Shown here piece by piece: positions 1-9,365 of a stretch of DNA of 26,214 nucleotides. The translations under genes were made by a program, and so were the position numbers. The notes below the pieces were generated by a model that ran no database searches, was not told where the DNA came from, and saw only the letters and a list, made by a program, of their open reading frames with translations. Where the stretch lies: the NCBI RefSeq assembly GCF_006345805.1, contig NW_021835592.1, positions 1 through 26,214 of the forward strand. Direction: 5' to 3'. Origin of the DNA: Octopus sinensis (lineage: Eukaryota). Within the stretch, counting starts at the first letter, position 1; every line of letters starts with the position of its first letter.

Positions 1-136
1 AACAGTTCAACATATATATGTGTACGAGTGAGAGAAGAAACGAAAGAAAAAGGCTGCCGATACATTATTTGGTTGGAGTTACATGTATTATTGTTTAAAA
101 TAGTCTGCTTCGGCTTGCAGCGACTTGAAATCACCA

Positions 137-182
137 TGTGAGTGAATATGGTAGACGGAAACTGAAAGAAGCCCGTGTGGTG

Positions 183-222
<40 letters not shown>

Positions 223-395
223 TGTGTTTGTATCTGTGTTTGTCCCCCAACAGGTGTTGGTTTGTTTGTGCCAAAGAGACAGAGAATAAACGGGAGGCTT
301 ATAGCACTCGGGCCGATTCGTTCCACTGAAACTTTTTAAGCCGGTGCCCCAGCATGGCCGAAGTCTAATGATTGAAACAAGCAAGCAATAAAAGA
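137..395 (+). mobile_element. SINE family B (OR-like tRNA/CORE-type octopus SINE with internal (TG)n), 5'-truncated copy
   Basis: GTGAGTGAATATGGTAGACGGAAACTGAAAGAAGCCCGT matches 3965-4002; internal (TG)n; 3' end GCCCCAGCATGGCCG...TGAAACAAG matches 4245-4280 and the reverse complement of 5105-5145. Confidence 0.85.
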
Positions 396-710
396 TCTAG
401 AAATATAACATATTTATATTAAATATTCTATGTGTACATGTCTATTACAAAGCTAACAATTTCAATTAACGCGTATTTGACTCGACATTAACGTATAGAG
501 ACACACAAACGCACAAACAAACTAAGCAACAGCTTTACAAATACATACACAAAGACAACCGGAGATAGATGCATGCAAAAAGAAAAAGACACATCCATTC
601 ACGCACACACACACACATCACAAACGTACACAAAAATATACAGCAATCAAATACGATTCTTAACACTATGTAGCTCAGTAATCAAATATATATATATATA
701 TTTGCGCGCG

Positions 711-718
711 TGTGTGTG

Positions 719-751
<33 letters not shown>

Positions 752-765
752 ATGTGTGTGTGTGT
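711..765. repeat. (TG)n microsatellite
   Basis: Direct inspection. Confidence 0.95.
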
Positions 766-992
766 AAAATTTTTGTTTTTTTGTTTATCTATGACAAAAC
801 CAATCTTACATTAACCTGAGGGGTTACTCCATATCTTTTATAGAGTACAAATGTATTATTCTTTAACAAGAATATTGTCGCTAGTAACTTCGAAGTTTCG
901 GCCAGCTAAGTCTCTCCTCATGATCTCATAAGCATCCGGCATGCGGAGCTTTCAACTGGTAGCACTTGCATCTGCAAGTTGTTTACAATACA

Positions 993-1014
993 TGTGTGTG
1001 TGTGTGTGTGTGTA

Positions 1015-1100
<86 letters not shown>

Positions 1101-1491
1101 TGTGTAAAAAGGTAGATAGATAGGTAGAGAGATGGACAGCTAGATGGATAGAGAGACATTTGCATACATGCATACATATATACACACACAGACACAAACA
1201 CACACATATAAATATATATAAACATATATAATTGTTTGTGGAAGGTTGTGGGTGTTTATATAAATGTACGTGTGTGTGCGTGTATGTACATACATAAGTG
1301 TGTGCGTATGTATGTACGTGTATGTACGTATATATGTATATATGTACGGCGGTGCATCAGCATGGCCGCAGCTCTGAGCTGAAACTAGAAAAAAAATGTA
1401 TATATGCATATCTATCTATGTATCTATCTATCTATCTATATCTATATCTATATATGGTGTGTGGTGTGTGTTTATGTTTGTGTGTATATAT

Positions 1492-1541
<50 letters not shown>

Positions 1542-1570
1542 ATATATTATATATATATATATATACATAT
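993..1570. repeat. Compound microsatellite field: (TG)n, GATA, CA, CTAT, (TA)n
   Basis: Direct inspection; (TG)n 993-1105, (TA)n about 1486-1570. Confidence 0.9.
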
Positions 1571-1615
1571 ATAGATATATATGCGTGTCTGTGTATGTAT
1601 ATGCAAACACACACC

Positions 1616-1668
1616 GCAGACAGACAGTGATACGGACAGTGATACGCAGACAGACAGTGATACGGACA
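1616..1668. repeat. Short tandem duplication, 30-bp period with internal CAGTGATACG repeats
   Basis: GCAGACAGACAGTGATACGGACA occurs at 1616 and 1646. Confidence 0.85.
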
Positions 1669-2075
1669 AGTTGTTGTTTGAACCCTAAAAACTCCCCTAG
1701 ACAAGAGAAGGCGGGGGGGGGATAATTGGTTGAAACGAAGCGACGAGTGTTCCCTAATGACACTGCTGTCTGTGACACGCTTCCTTAAATACACGATTAT
1801 TGATGAATCTATGCATTCTTGGGGTTGACCTTTAATGGCCGCCATTCATGTTGTCAAGACGGCCCCTTCACTTTTTCACCACCAGGTGTCGCTGCCTGCG
1901 TCGGCACATAATTCCAGCGATTGATAGGTCGGTTTCTTTTCAACAATATCGTATGACCACAGATAAACAGAGAACTCCTAATGATAACAAAAGAGGGACA
2001 ACAACAACAACAAGCTTAATAATGTCTGCCGGGCTAACTAAGTAGTAGTAGTAGTAGTAGTAATAGTAGTAGTAG

Positions 2076-2287
2076 TTTCTACTAAAGGCACAAGACCTGA
2101 AATTTGGAGGGAGGGGTTAAGTCGATTACATTGACCTCAGTACACAACTGGTACTTATTTTATCGACCCCGGAAGGAGGAAATGTAAGGTCGACCTCGGC
2201 GGAATTCGAAGTCAGAATGTAAAGACGGACGAAATGCCGCTAAGCACTTTGCCCAGTGCGATAATGATTCTGCTAGCTCACCGCCTT
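2076..2287 (-). mobile_element. SINE family A (tRNA-derived, Meta-like central domain), short-tail copy
   Basis: Reverse complement reads AAGGCGGTGAGCTAGCAGAATC...TTCGAATTCCGCCGAGGTCGACC...GGGGTCGATAAAATAAGTACC, homologous to 9366-9530; ends in an (ACT)n tail at 2040-2075. Confidence 0.9.
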
Positions 2288-2289
2288 AA

Positions 2290-2315
2290 CAACAACATCA
2301 ATAATAATAAAAATG

Positions 2316-2377
<62 letters not shown>
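2290..2377. repeat. (AAT)n microsatellite between two SINE A copies
   Basis: Direct inspection. Confidence 0.95.
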
Positions 2378-2582
2378 CTTTTCTACTATAGGCACAAGGT
2401 CTGAAATTTGGGGTAGGGAACTAGTCGATCTCATCGACCACAGTGTTTCACTGGTACTTAATTTATCGACCCCGGAAGGATGAAAGGCAAAGTCGACGTC
2501 GGCGGAATTTGAACTCAGACCGTAACGACAGGCTAAATACCACTAAGCATTTCGTCTGGCGCGCTAACGATTCTGCCAGCTC
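2378..2582 (-). mobile_element. SINE family A, short-tail copy
   Basis: GGCAAAGTCGACGTCGGCGGAATTTGAACTCAG...CTAAGCATTTCG...CTAACGATTCTGCCAGCTC, homologous to the other A copies. Confidence 0.9.
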
Positions 2583-2976
2583 AATAATAAATATCATTAT
2601 TATTACAAGTAATTGTAGGAGCACTTGAAAGGATAAAAAAAAATGGTACTGAAAATTGTTTGAGGATGATCCCTGGCTTACCCTCCTCCATGCAGGAAGT
2701 GCAAAAAAGATTGTCTTAACCCATACGTCACAGAGAAAGAGCATTGCAGCTGTGAATTCCATCCCCTTTTTTCTTTATTTACTTTTTCATTTTTCTTCTT
2801 TTTCCTTTTTCTCTCTGTCTTTCTTCCGCTTTTTCTCTATCACATGACTTCGTAAATGAACATTCTGGCATCTTTATTTTACGGGCATACCAATGTATAC
2901 AGTGAGTTTCTCTGCCCTAGGCGTCAGGCAGATACTCGGCAAGAAATGGAAACAAGATGATGATGATGATGATGAT

Positions 2977-3103
2977 TTTTTAGGCTCAAAATTTAAAATT
3001 TAGAGGAAAGAAGATAGTGGATCACATCGACCCCAGTGCTCGCCTGATACTTTATTTTATCAACCCCGTAAAGATAAAATGCAAAGTTGTCTCAGAACAT
3101 AAA
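2977..3103 (-). mobile_element. SINE family A, decayed 3' fragment
   Basis: CACATCGACCCCAGTGCTC...TTTTATCAACCCCGTAAAGATAAAATGCAAAGT. Confidence 0.7.
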
Positions 3104-3189
3104 ATACGGGAAAAAATAAAGCTAGGAATTTTGTCCGACGCACCAACCATTGTACCCATAAAAATAACAACAACAATAACGACGACTTC

Positions 3190-3333
3190 TGATTTAGGGC
3201 CAAGAGTAGCACATTTGAGGGGAAGGGTTTTAATCGACACCACTGACCCCATTATTTGACTTCTCCTGTGTTTTATCACCCCTGAAAGGAGAAAGGTACA
3301 GCTGACGTCAGCCTTATTTGAAACCAGATCTTA
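3190..3333 (-). mobile_element. SINE family A, highly decayed, 5'-truncated near the B box
   Basis: TTTTATCACCCCTGAAAGGAGAAAGGTACAGCTGACGTCAGCCTTATTTGAAACCAGATC aligns loosely with the A body. Confidence 0.6.
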
Positions 3334-3359
3334 ATGATCAGCATCAACAATAATGATCG

Positions 3360-3590
3360 TTTCTTTCCTTGGCCACAAGAGCCCAAGGCATGCGAGGAAA
3401 ATATAAAAAGGACGGAATACAACACAAAATGTGGGAATTATAACATCCAAAAGAAAATAAGCAGACGAAAGATACATGGAAAGGTATAAGAATAAAGTTC
3501 CAGCAAAAATTGCAGGTAAGAAAAATTGCCCAACATCAGAGCAGTTCACCTTGGTCCCTTAAGGTGGAGACCCCGCACAAAAGGCTCAAA
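3360..3590 (-). mobile_element. Probable Tx1-like LINE 3' UTR fragment
   Basis: Reverse complement ends CTCTTGTGGCCAAGGAAAGAA (cf. 6619-6639 CCCTTGTGGCCAATAAAAGAA) and contains TTTTGTGCGGGGTCTCCAC (cf. TTTTGTGGGTTTTTCCAC near 6464-6481). Confidence 0.45.
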
Positions 3591-3599
3591 AGCATCAAA

Positions 3600-3858
3600 A
3601 TGGCCTTTTCTTTTTTGTTTCTATATTTCTCTTGTTTCAGTTAATTTCGAAAAGTTGAAGAATTTAGCAAAATAACTTTGTCATTACTAAGCTTACGTTT
3701 GACCCATGGTGCTTTTTTTAAGACCAGAAGGATAATCCTTCATATTTCTGCAAAACCTGTATTTTTCTGAGATATCTTTTGTTAGTCATCTATACTGGAG
3801 TGTCTTTCAAATATTGTTATAAAATTGTATAAAAAACGATTTTTGGTAATAAATTAAA
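3600..3858. mobile_element. Possible decayed non-autonomous DNA transposon (MITE-like) remnant
   Basis: GAATTTAGCAAAATAACTTTGTCATTACTAAGCT resembles a common octopus AT-rich repeat as I recall it; no second copy or clean TIRs in this window. Confidence 0.3.
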
Positions 3859-3861
3859 TAA

Positions 3862-4004
3862 GCGCAGGAGTGGCTGTGTGGTAAGTAGCTTGATTACTAA
3901 CCACATGGTTCCGGGTTCTTGGGCAAATGTCTTCTACTATAGCCTCGGGCCGACCAAAGCCTTGTGAGTGGATTTGGTAGACGGAAACTGAAAGAAGCCC
4001 GTCG

Positions 4005-4084
<80 letters not shown>

Positions 4085-4294
4085 GTTGTGTGTCTGTGTT
4101 TGTTTCCCCAGCATCGCTTGACAACCGATGCTGGTGTGTTTACGTCCTCGTAACTTAGCCGTTCGGCAAAAGATACCGATAGAATAAGTATTAGACTTAC
4201 AAAGAATAAGTCCTGGGGTCGATTTGCTCGACTAAAGGCAGTCCTTCAGCATGATCGCAGTCAAATTACTGAAACAAATAGAAAAGTAAAGAAA
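3862..4294 (+). mobile_element. SINE family B, near full length with about 20-bp deletion after the B box
   Basis: tRNA-like head GCGCAGGAGTGGCTGTGTGGTAAG...CCGGGTTC; CORE-like TTGGGCAAATGTCTT; internal (TA)n(TG)n at about 4005-4100; relative to the reverse complement of 5580-5666 the AGTCCCACTGCGTGGCACC segment is missing. Confidence 0.9.
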
Positions 4295-4316
4295 TTTGGG
4301 CACTTATAGGTTTTCT

Positions 4317-4527
4317 GGTGACGGGCTGGCAAAGTCGTTAGCACACAGGCCAAAATGCATTTCGGTCTTTCTTCCGTCTTCACGTTCCGAGGCCATATTC
4401 CGATATGGTCGATTTTGCCTTTTATCTTTTCGGGGGTCGATAAAAATACTATTGTTCAACTGGGGGCTGATGTAACCGACTTAACCCGATCCCTAAAATT
4501 GTTGGCTTTGAGCCAAAATTTGAAACC
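4317..4527 (+). mobile_element. SINE family A, diverged short-tail copy
   Basis: GGTGACGGGCTGGCAAAGTCGTTAGCAC...GGTCGATTTTGCCTTTTATCTTTTCGGGGGTCGATAAAA...AAAATTGTTGGCTTTGAGCCAAAATTTGAAACC. Confidence 0.85.
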
Positions 4528-5099
4528 ATTATTAATCTGGCGTTTGGGACATGAATTTACCTGAAACTTTTGATGACATGCTTTAATTTCGATGACATCA
4601 AAATCGTAGAGCCAGAATCGCGCTCAGATGAGTTGGTTTGATAAAGTTACGTCCTTTTTAAGCGTGAAGACCTGTATCCATCTTTTCCAAGACGTCATTC
4701 TTGTCCCATGGAAGTGTTTCTCTAATAATCGCCAGTATAAGTATAATTAATGAAGAGTTTATTTACACAATCAAGACAATTAGCAACTGTAAGTCTCACA
4801 CAATTAACGAAGTCCACAATTTCTGGTTAAATTATTTAATTAGTTCACATAAAGTTGAGTGAGTGTTACATTGCTTAACATAGCGACAAAATAAATGATA
4901 GCCAATTAAAATTTCCCTGTGATGAGGAAAGTAAAACTTCCGTACACTACTTTCATTTTATCGAGATAGGGGCGACAAACCTCTCCGAAATTACAGTTCA
5001 TTGAAATAAGAATTAAACAGGCATTGAGCGAAATGAATCATTAGCTGAACCGTTCTCATTAATTCTTTGACGGGTTTTGCAAATACATTTGTCATATTT

Positions 5100-5666
5100 T
5101 TATCTTTTACTCGTTTCAGTCATTAAACTACGGCCATACTGGGGCACCACCTTGAAGTCTTTTAGTTGAACGCATCGACCCCAGGACTTATCTTTTTTTA
5201 AAGCCTCGTACTTGTTCTTTCGATCTCTTTTGCTGAACTTTTTGCGAAGTTATGGAGACGTAAACACACCAAAACCGGTTGTCAAGTGGTGGACACACAC
5301 ACACACACACGCATACATGCACAAACACACACACATACAAACACACACAAACACACACACATACAAACACACACAAACACACACACATACAAACACACAC
5401 AAACACACACACACACAAACACTCACACCCAAGCACACAAACACACACACATACACACACACACAAGCACGCACACATACACACACACACAAGCACGCAC
5501 ATACACACACACACACACACACTGAATTTCTTTAAGTTTCCCTCTACCAAATCCACTCACCAGGCTATAGTAGAAGTCACTTGCTCAAGGTGCCACGCAG
5601 TGGGACTGAACCTGGAACCCCGTGGTTGGAAAGTAAATTTCTTAACACACATACACGCCTGCGCCT
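5100..5666 (-). mobile_element. SINE family B, full length with expanded internal (CA)n of about 230 bp
   Basis: Reverse complement begins AGGCGCAGGCGTGT...GGGTTCCAGGTTCAGTCCCACTGCGTGGCACCTTGAGCAAGTGACTTCTACTATAGCC; internal repeat 5293-5521; 3' end matches 4140-4294. Confidence 0.9.
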
Positions 5667-6299
5667 ATGTAACGAAAGTTTTGGACATGTTTTACTCGTA
5701 TTCTACTGCCTCAGCGAAACTTAGCCATTTCTGTAGTTGACAGATGAGGGATAAATGAAATGGGTTTGTAAATGTATAAAATGTGCAAGAGTTGACGTGA
5801 CACCATGACATGACATGGCCGGGACAATTACCTTGGGACTCCATCAGTAAGGAAAATAGATAGTTAAGTTATAGCAACTAGAATACAATTAGCAAATAAA
5901 CTTCACTCAAAATTTCTACAGTAATGAGGAAAAGTAAAAGAATAACTTTTAGTTCTTAAATATAATGAAAGGAAGGTAGGTGTCATCATTCCCCCCCACA
6001 CACACATAAATAGATCTATAAATCTATAGCAATAAAAAAATTTCGATTAATTATTAAAGAGATCAGCGTAAATAATTAATTGGTTATTCATCGCGGGATA
6101 AACAATATTGAATTAAAACAAAACTCCCCAGGGTTCAACAGGTTGATTGCTCAACTGGAAAATATAATTTCTAATGTGGACCCACGGCCAGCAAATGGGG
6201 ACGGAAACACAGGTCGAGGTTGGCACCAATTGCAGAATTTACCATTCCATGTTTGATTGCTCACTTCATGAACAGATCGATTATAAACATAGATAGGAA

Positions 6300-6645
6300 C
6301 TGAAAAGGAAAGTAAGGTGCAAAGGGAAGTGTTGTCTTCTTGCAAATTTGTTGAAAGATGGGTGAATGTTGGGAAAATGACCAGTGTGAAAGGACCTATT
6401 TTGAGCATGCGACTGTGAAAAATATAAGAAGGGATCTTGTTCTGTTGGTCATGCACCCGTGGTTTTTGTGGGTTTTTCCACGAGTAGCGTTAAAGCCCCC
6501 CCCCCCACTCCTATTGGGAGATTTATTTGTTTAATTTTCTATGTTATTTGCTGTTTACACGCTTTCAAAAGCCATTTGCATCGTTCTGTCTTTGTCTCTT
6601 CGTGTAACTTTATCTAAGCCCTTGTGGCCAATAAAAGAATTATTA
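6300..6645 (+). mobile_element. 5'-truncated LINE 3' end, probably Tx1/L1 clade (ORF2 C-terminus plus 3' UTR)
   Basis: 6300-6317 encodes LKRKVR; after a frameshift 6323-6418 encodes REVLSSCKFVERWVNVGKMTSVKGPILSMRL*, resembling the F-x-x-R-W C-terminal motif of Tx1-like ORF2; T-rich UTR ends CCCTTGTGGCCAATAAAAGAATTATT. Confidence 0.6.
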
Positions 6646-6803
6646 TTAACGGTATTTCGTCCGTCGGTACGTTTTGGAGTGAAAAATTCCGCCGAGGTCA
6701 CCCTTGCTTTTTATTCTTTCGGGGGTCGATAAAATAAGTACCAGTAGCATATTGTGGTCGATGCGATCAACTTAGCGCCTATTCCCTCAAAATATCAGGT
6801 CTT
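6646..6803 (+). mobile_element. SINE family A lacking its head, starting at TTAACGGTATTTCGTC
   Basis: GGTATTTCGTCCGTC...AAATTCCGCCGAGGTCACCCTTGC...GGGGGTCGATAAAATAAGTACCAG...CAAAATATCAGGTCTT. Confidence 0.85.
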
Positions 6804-7300
6804 CCGCCTATCGTAAAAAGGATTATTAAAACGTGTTGCGGGTTGTGTTTTAGTATTCAGAGGAATTTCAATAAAATCGAGTGGGACGTGAATTACTGAA
6901 ATTAAAATTTGCGAAAAATAAGTATTGTTGCACCTATATTCTAACCTAGTATATAACAAAAAAATGTTATACTTTTGTAGTACCAATACAGTGTTATACC
7001 TACGCGGTATATCTTGACATTTGTGTAAAGTTAAGTCTTAGAATAAATATTATATTTCTTAAAATTCACGTCTCTTAACTCTTTTATGTTTTCAGCGTCT
7101 TTATACATTAACATGTCTCCAGCCGAGTTCCATGAAATAGACTTGCAATCAAATACTGAGATCGATAGAATCCACTCACAACTTCCTTCCGCCAGGATTG
7201 CTAGTCTCCTGCCTAATTCAGAAACCTCCCATTAAAAGGTTTCCGACTTCCATTAGGGAGATATCGGGGTCAGAAAGAATAGAGAAGTCTGTTAGAATGT

Positions 7301-7762
7301 CTATATTCTTTTCAAGGCCCGAAATTTTGAGGGAGGGGTGGGGCAGTCGATTAGATCGCCCCCAGCACGCAACTGGTACTTAATTTATTGGCCACGAAAG
7401 GATGAAGGGCAAAGTCAACCTCGGCGGAATTTGAACTCAAAGCGTAAAGCCAGACGAAATACCTGTTTCTTTACTACCCACAAGGGGCTCGGCGGAATTT
7501 GAACTCAGAACGTAGTGGCAGACGAAATACCTATTTCTTTACTACTCACAAGGGGCTAAACACAGAGGGAACAAACAAGGACAGACATAGGTATTAAGTC
7601 GATTACATCGACCCCAGATCGTAACTGGTACTTAATTTATCGACCCCGAAGGGATGAAAGGCAAAGTCGACCTCGGCGGAATTTGAACTCACAACGTAAC
7701 GCAGACGAAATACCGCTAAGCATTTCGCCCTGCGTGCTAACGATTCTGCCAGCTTGCAACCT
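7301..7762 (-). mobile_element. Composite SINE A trimer: long-tail unit 7532-7762, deleted long-tail unit 7464-7531, short-tail unit 7301-7463
   Basis: Three occurrences of GACGAAATACC; two followed by T(A/G)TTTCTTTACTAC(C/T)CACAAGGGG; only one head (7740-7762); possible decayed TSD CTGTTAGAAT (7289-7298) / CTGTTTTAAT (7761-7770). Confidence 0.9.
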
Positions 7763-7964
7763 GTTTTAATCTGATGGACTTACATGACTGACCCAACCGC
7801 CACCCGGTAGAGAGATAAACCAGCTTATGAGTACTCGTGTATCTTTTCTCTCTGTTACTCAAAAACCTGCTTCTCAAAGATCTTGCAAATTTTAGTGGAG
7901 ATAAATAAAGAGTTGTGTAGCGAGGAGGGAGCGTTTGTATGATTATAGTAGTACTTCGAAGAAA

Positions 7965-8130
7965 TTAACGGAAATTTGGTAGAGGAAACAGTCGACCCAT
8001 AGGACTTGATGAACACTTTATTTTATCGACCCAAAAGATAAAAGGCAAAGTTAACCTCGATTGCGTTTGAACTTAGAACGTAAAGAACCGGAACAGGTCA
8101 ACGTGGTCTGACGCCCATTTGCTTTCGCCA
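7965..8130 (-). mobile_element. SINE family A, decayed
   Basis: TTTTATCGACCCAAAAGATAAAAGGCAAAGTTAACCTCG...TTTGAACTTAGAACGTAAAG. Confidence 0.7.
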
Positions 8131-8254
8131 TTATTCGGATAATCACCAAGATGCATATGTTGGGTGAGTGTTGTTATTGACCCCAGTATATGACTGGTTA
8201 TATATTTTATCGAATCCATACCAAGAAAAGCTTTTATACAAAATCAACGAGGAA

Positions 8255-8412
8255 GCGTATGCGTGGTCGCTCGATCTGCAAGAAAAAGGAGCTAAATTCT
8301 TTCAAAATCATTTCCTACCGTTTGAAAAGAACATAACGAATGAGGTAGTCATAGATACACTATGGCCAGGCCTGCCTGCAGACAATGACCGTTGGTTAAA
8401 CAACAACAACAA
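8255..8412 (+). mobile_element. Dispersed repeat family C (SINE-like, (AAC)n tail)
   Basis: GTGGTCGCTCGATCTGCAAGAAAAAGGAGCTAAAT matches the reverse complement of 22861-22896 (GTGGTTGTTCGATATGCTAGAAATAACAGCTAAAC); ends (AAC)4. Confidence 0.6.
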
Positions 8413-8470
8413 CTATACTATAAACATGCTTTTAGGGAAGGAATAAGTTTAAACAAAATAATATACTCTA

Positions 8471-8553
8471 GCCATGACCATCTGGAGTAAACTTAATCCT
8501 ATATTAGGTTCAAGATGTGTGATTTAAAGGAAATTTGGCTACTATTTCTAGCA
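8471..8553 (-). mobile_element. Dispersed repeat family C fragment, inverted relative to 8255-8412
   Basis: Reverse complement TGCTAGAAATAGTAGCCAAATTTCCTTTAAATCACAC matches the other C copies. Confidence 0.6.
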
Positions 8554-8796
8554 ATCTATAGTGTCCTAGTTTCTCTAACATGGGGAGTATGGTAGGGTGT
8601 AGTAGATAGGGATGAGTGAGGATTTAGTGAGATTAAGCAGGACTTAATGAATGTAGGCGGGGCTTCTTGTGAGTAGGCGGGTCTTATAGGAAATGGCTAA
8701 GGCTGATGGAGGTTAGGTAAAGAATGGCCATTTCGAATTCCGGATGGTTTAATGCGATATTCTTGCAACAGAGTTTAATAATAACTTGTGATAGTA

Positions 8797-8836
<40 letters not shown>

Positions 8837-8861
8837 GTGTGCGTGCGTGCACGTGCACATA

Positions 8862-8926
8862 TAGCTGTGTGGTTAAAAAGCTCCCTTTGTAGGCATGTGG
8901 TCTCGGGTTCAGGCCCATTGCGCGAC
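8862..8926 (+). mobile_element. SINE family B head only
   Basis: TAGCTGTGTGGTTAAAAAGCT...CATGTGGTCTCGGGTTCAGGCCCATTGCG resembles 3870-3918 and the reverse complement of 5595-5660. Confidence 0.6.
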
Positions 8927-9194
8927 AAAGAAACGATTTATTAATCAAGTTATTTACATTTTTCAAAGAATTATTTCCCTGTTAGAATTAAATTCAATTT
9001 TCCATTCCCATTAACAAAGCATCCAGAGAATTGATATGTTGGTGGGGAATCTTCTTAAAATTCCACAGTATTCCTCAAACTTCCATAACTCATCTCCTTG
9101 AAACCACATCCTAGTGATAGATCCTTCTGATCACAAACAATCGATCAACCGACACCCTATCACATTAATACGTAGTTTATATATGAAAATAATT

Positions 9195-9202
9195 ACGTAT
9201 TA

Positions 9203-9248
<46 letters not shown>

Positions 9249-9274
9249 CATTATTATTATTATTATTATTATCA

Positions 9275-9361
<87 letters not shown>
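9195..9361. repeat. (ATT)n/(ATC)n microsatellite
   Basis: Direct inspection. Confidence 0.95.
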
Positions 9362-9362
<1 letters not shown>

Positions 9363-9365
9363 TAA

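Noticed and set aside
964-979. ACTTGCA-TC-TGCAAGT palindrome
   Set aside because: 7-bp arms are expected by chance in 26 kb
3511-3640. Splice donor CAG|GTAAGA (3516) and acceptor TTTCAG (3640)
   Set aside because: Both lie in or antisense to repeat remnants and flank no credible exon
4770-5940. Weak similarity between 4770-4940 and 5880-5940 (CAATTAGCAA; AAAATTTC...GATGAGGAAA)
   Set aside because: Short AT-rich matches, insufficient to call a repeat family without alignment statistics
6151-6456. 101-aa minus-strand ORF
   Set aside because: Largely antisense to the Tx1-like LINE fragment; no recognisable protein
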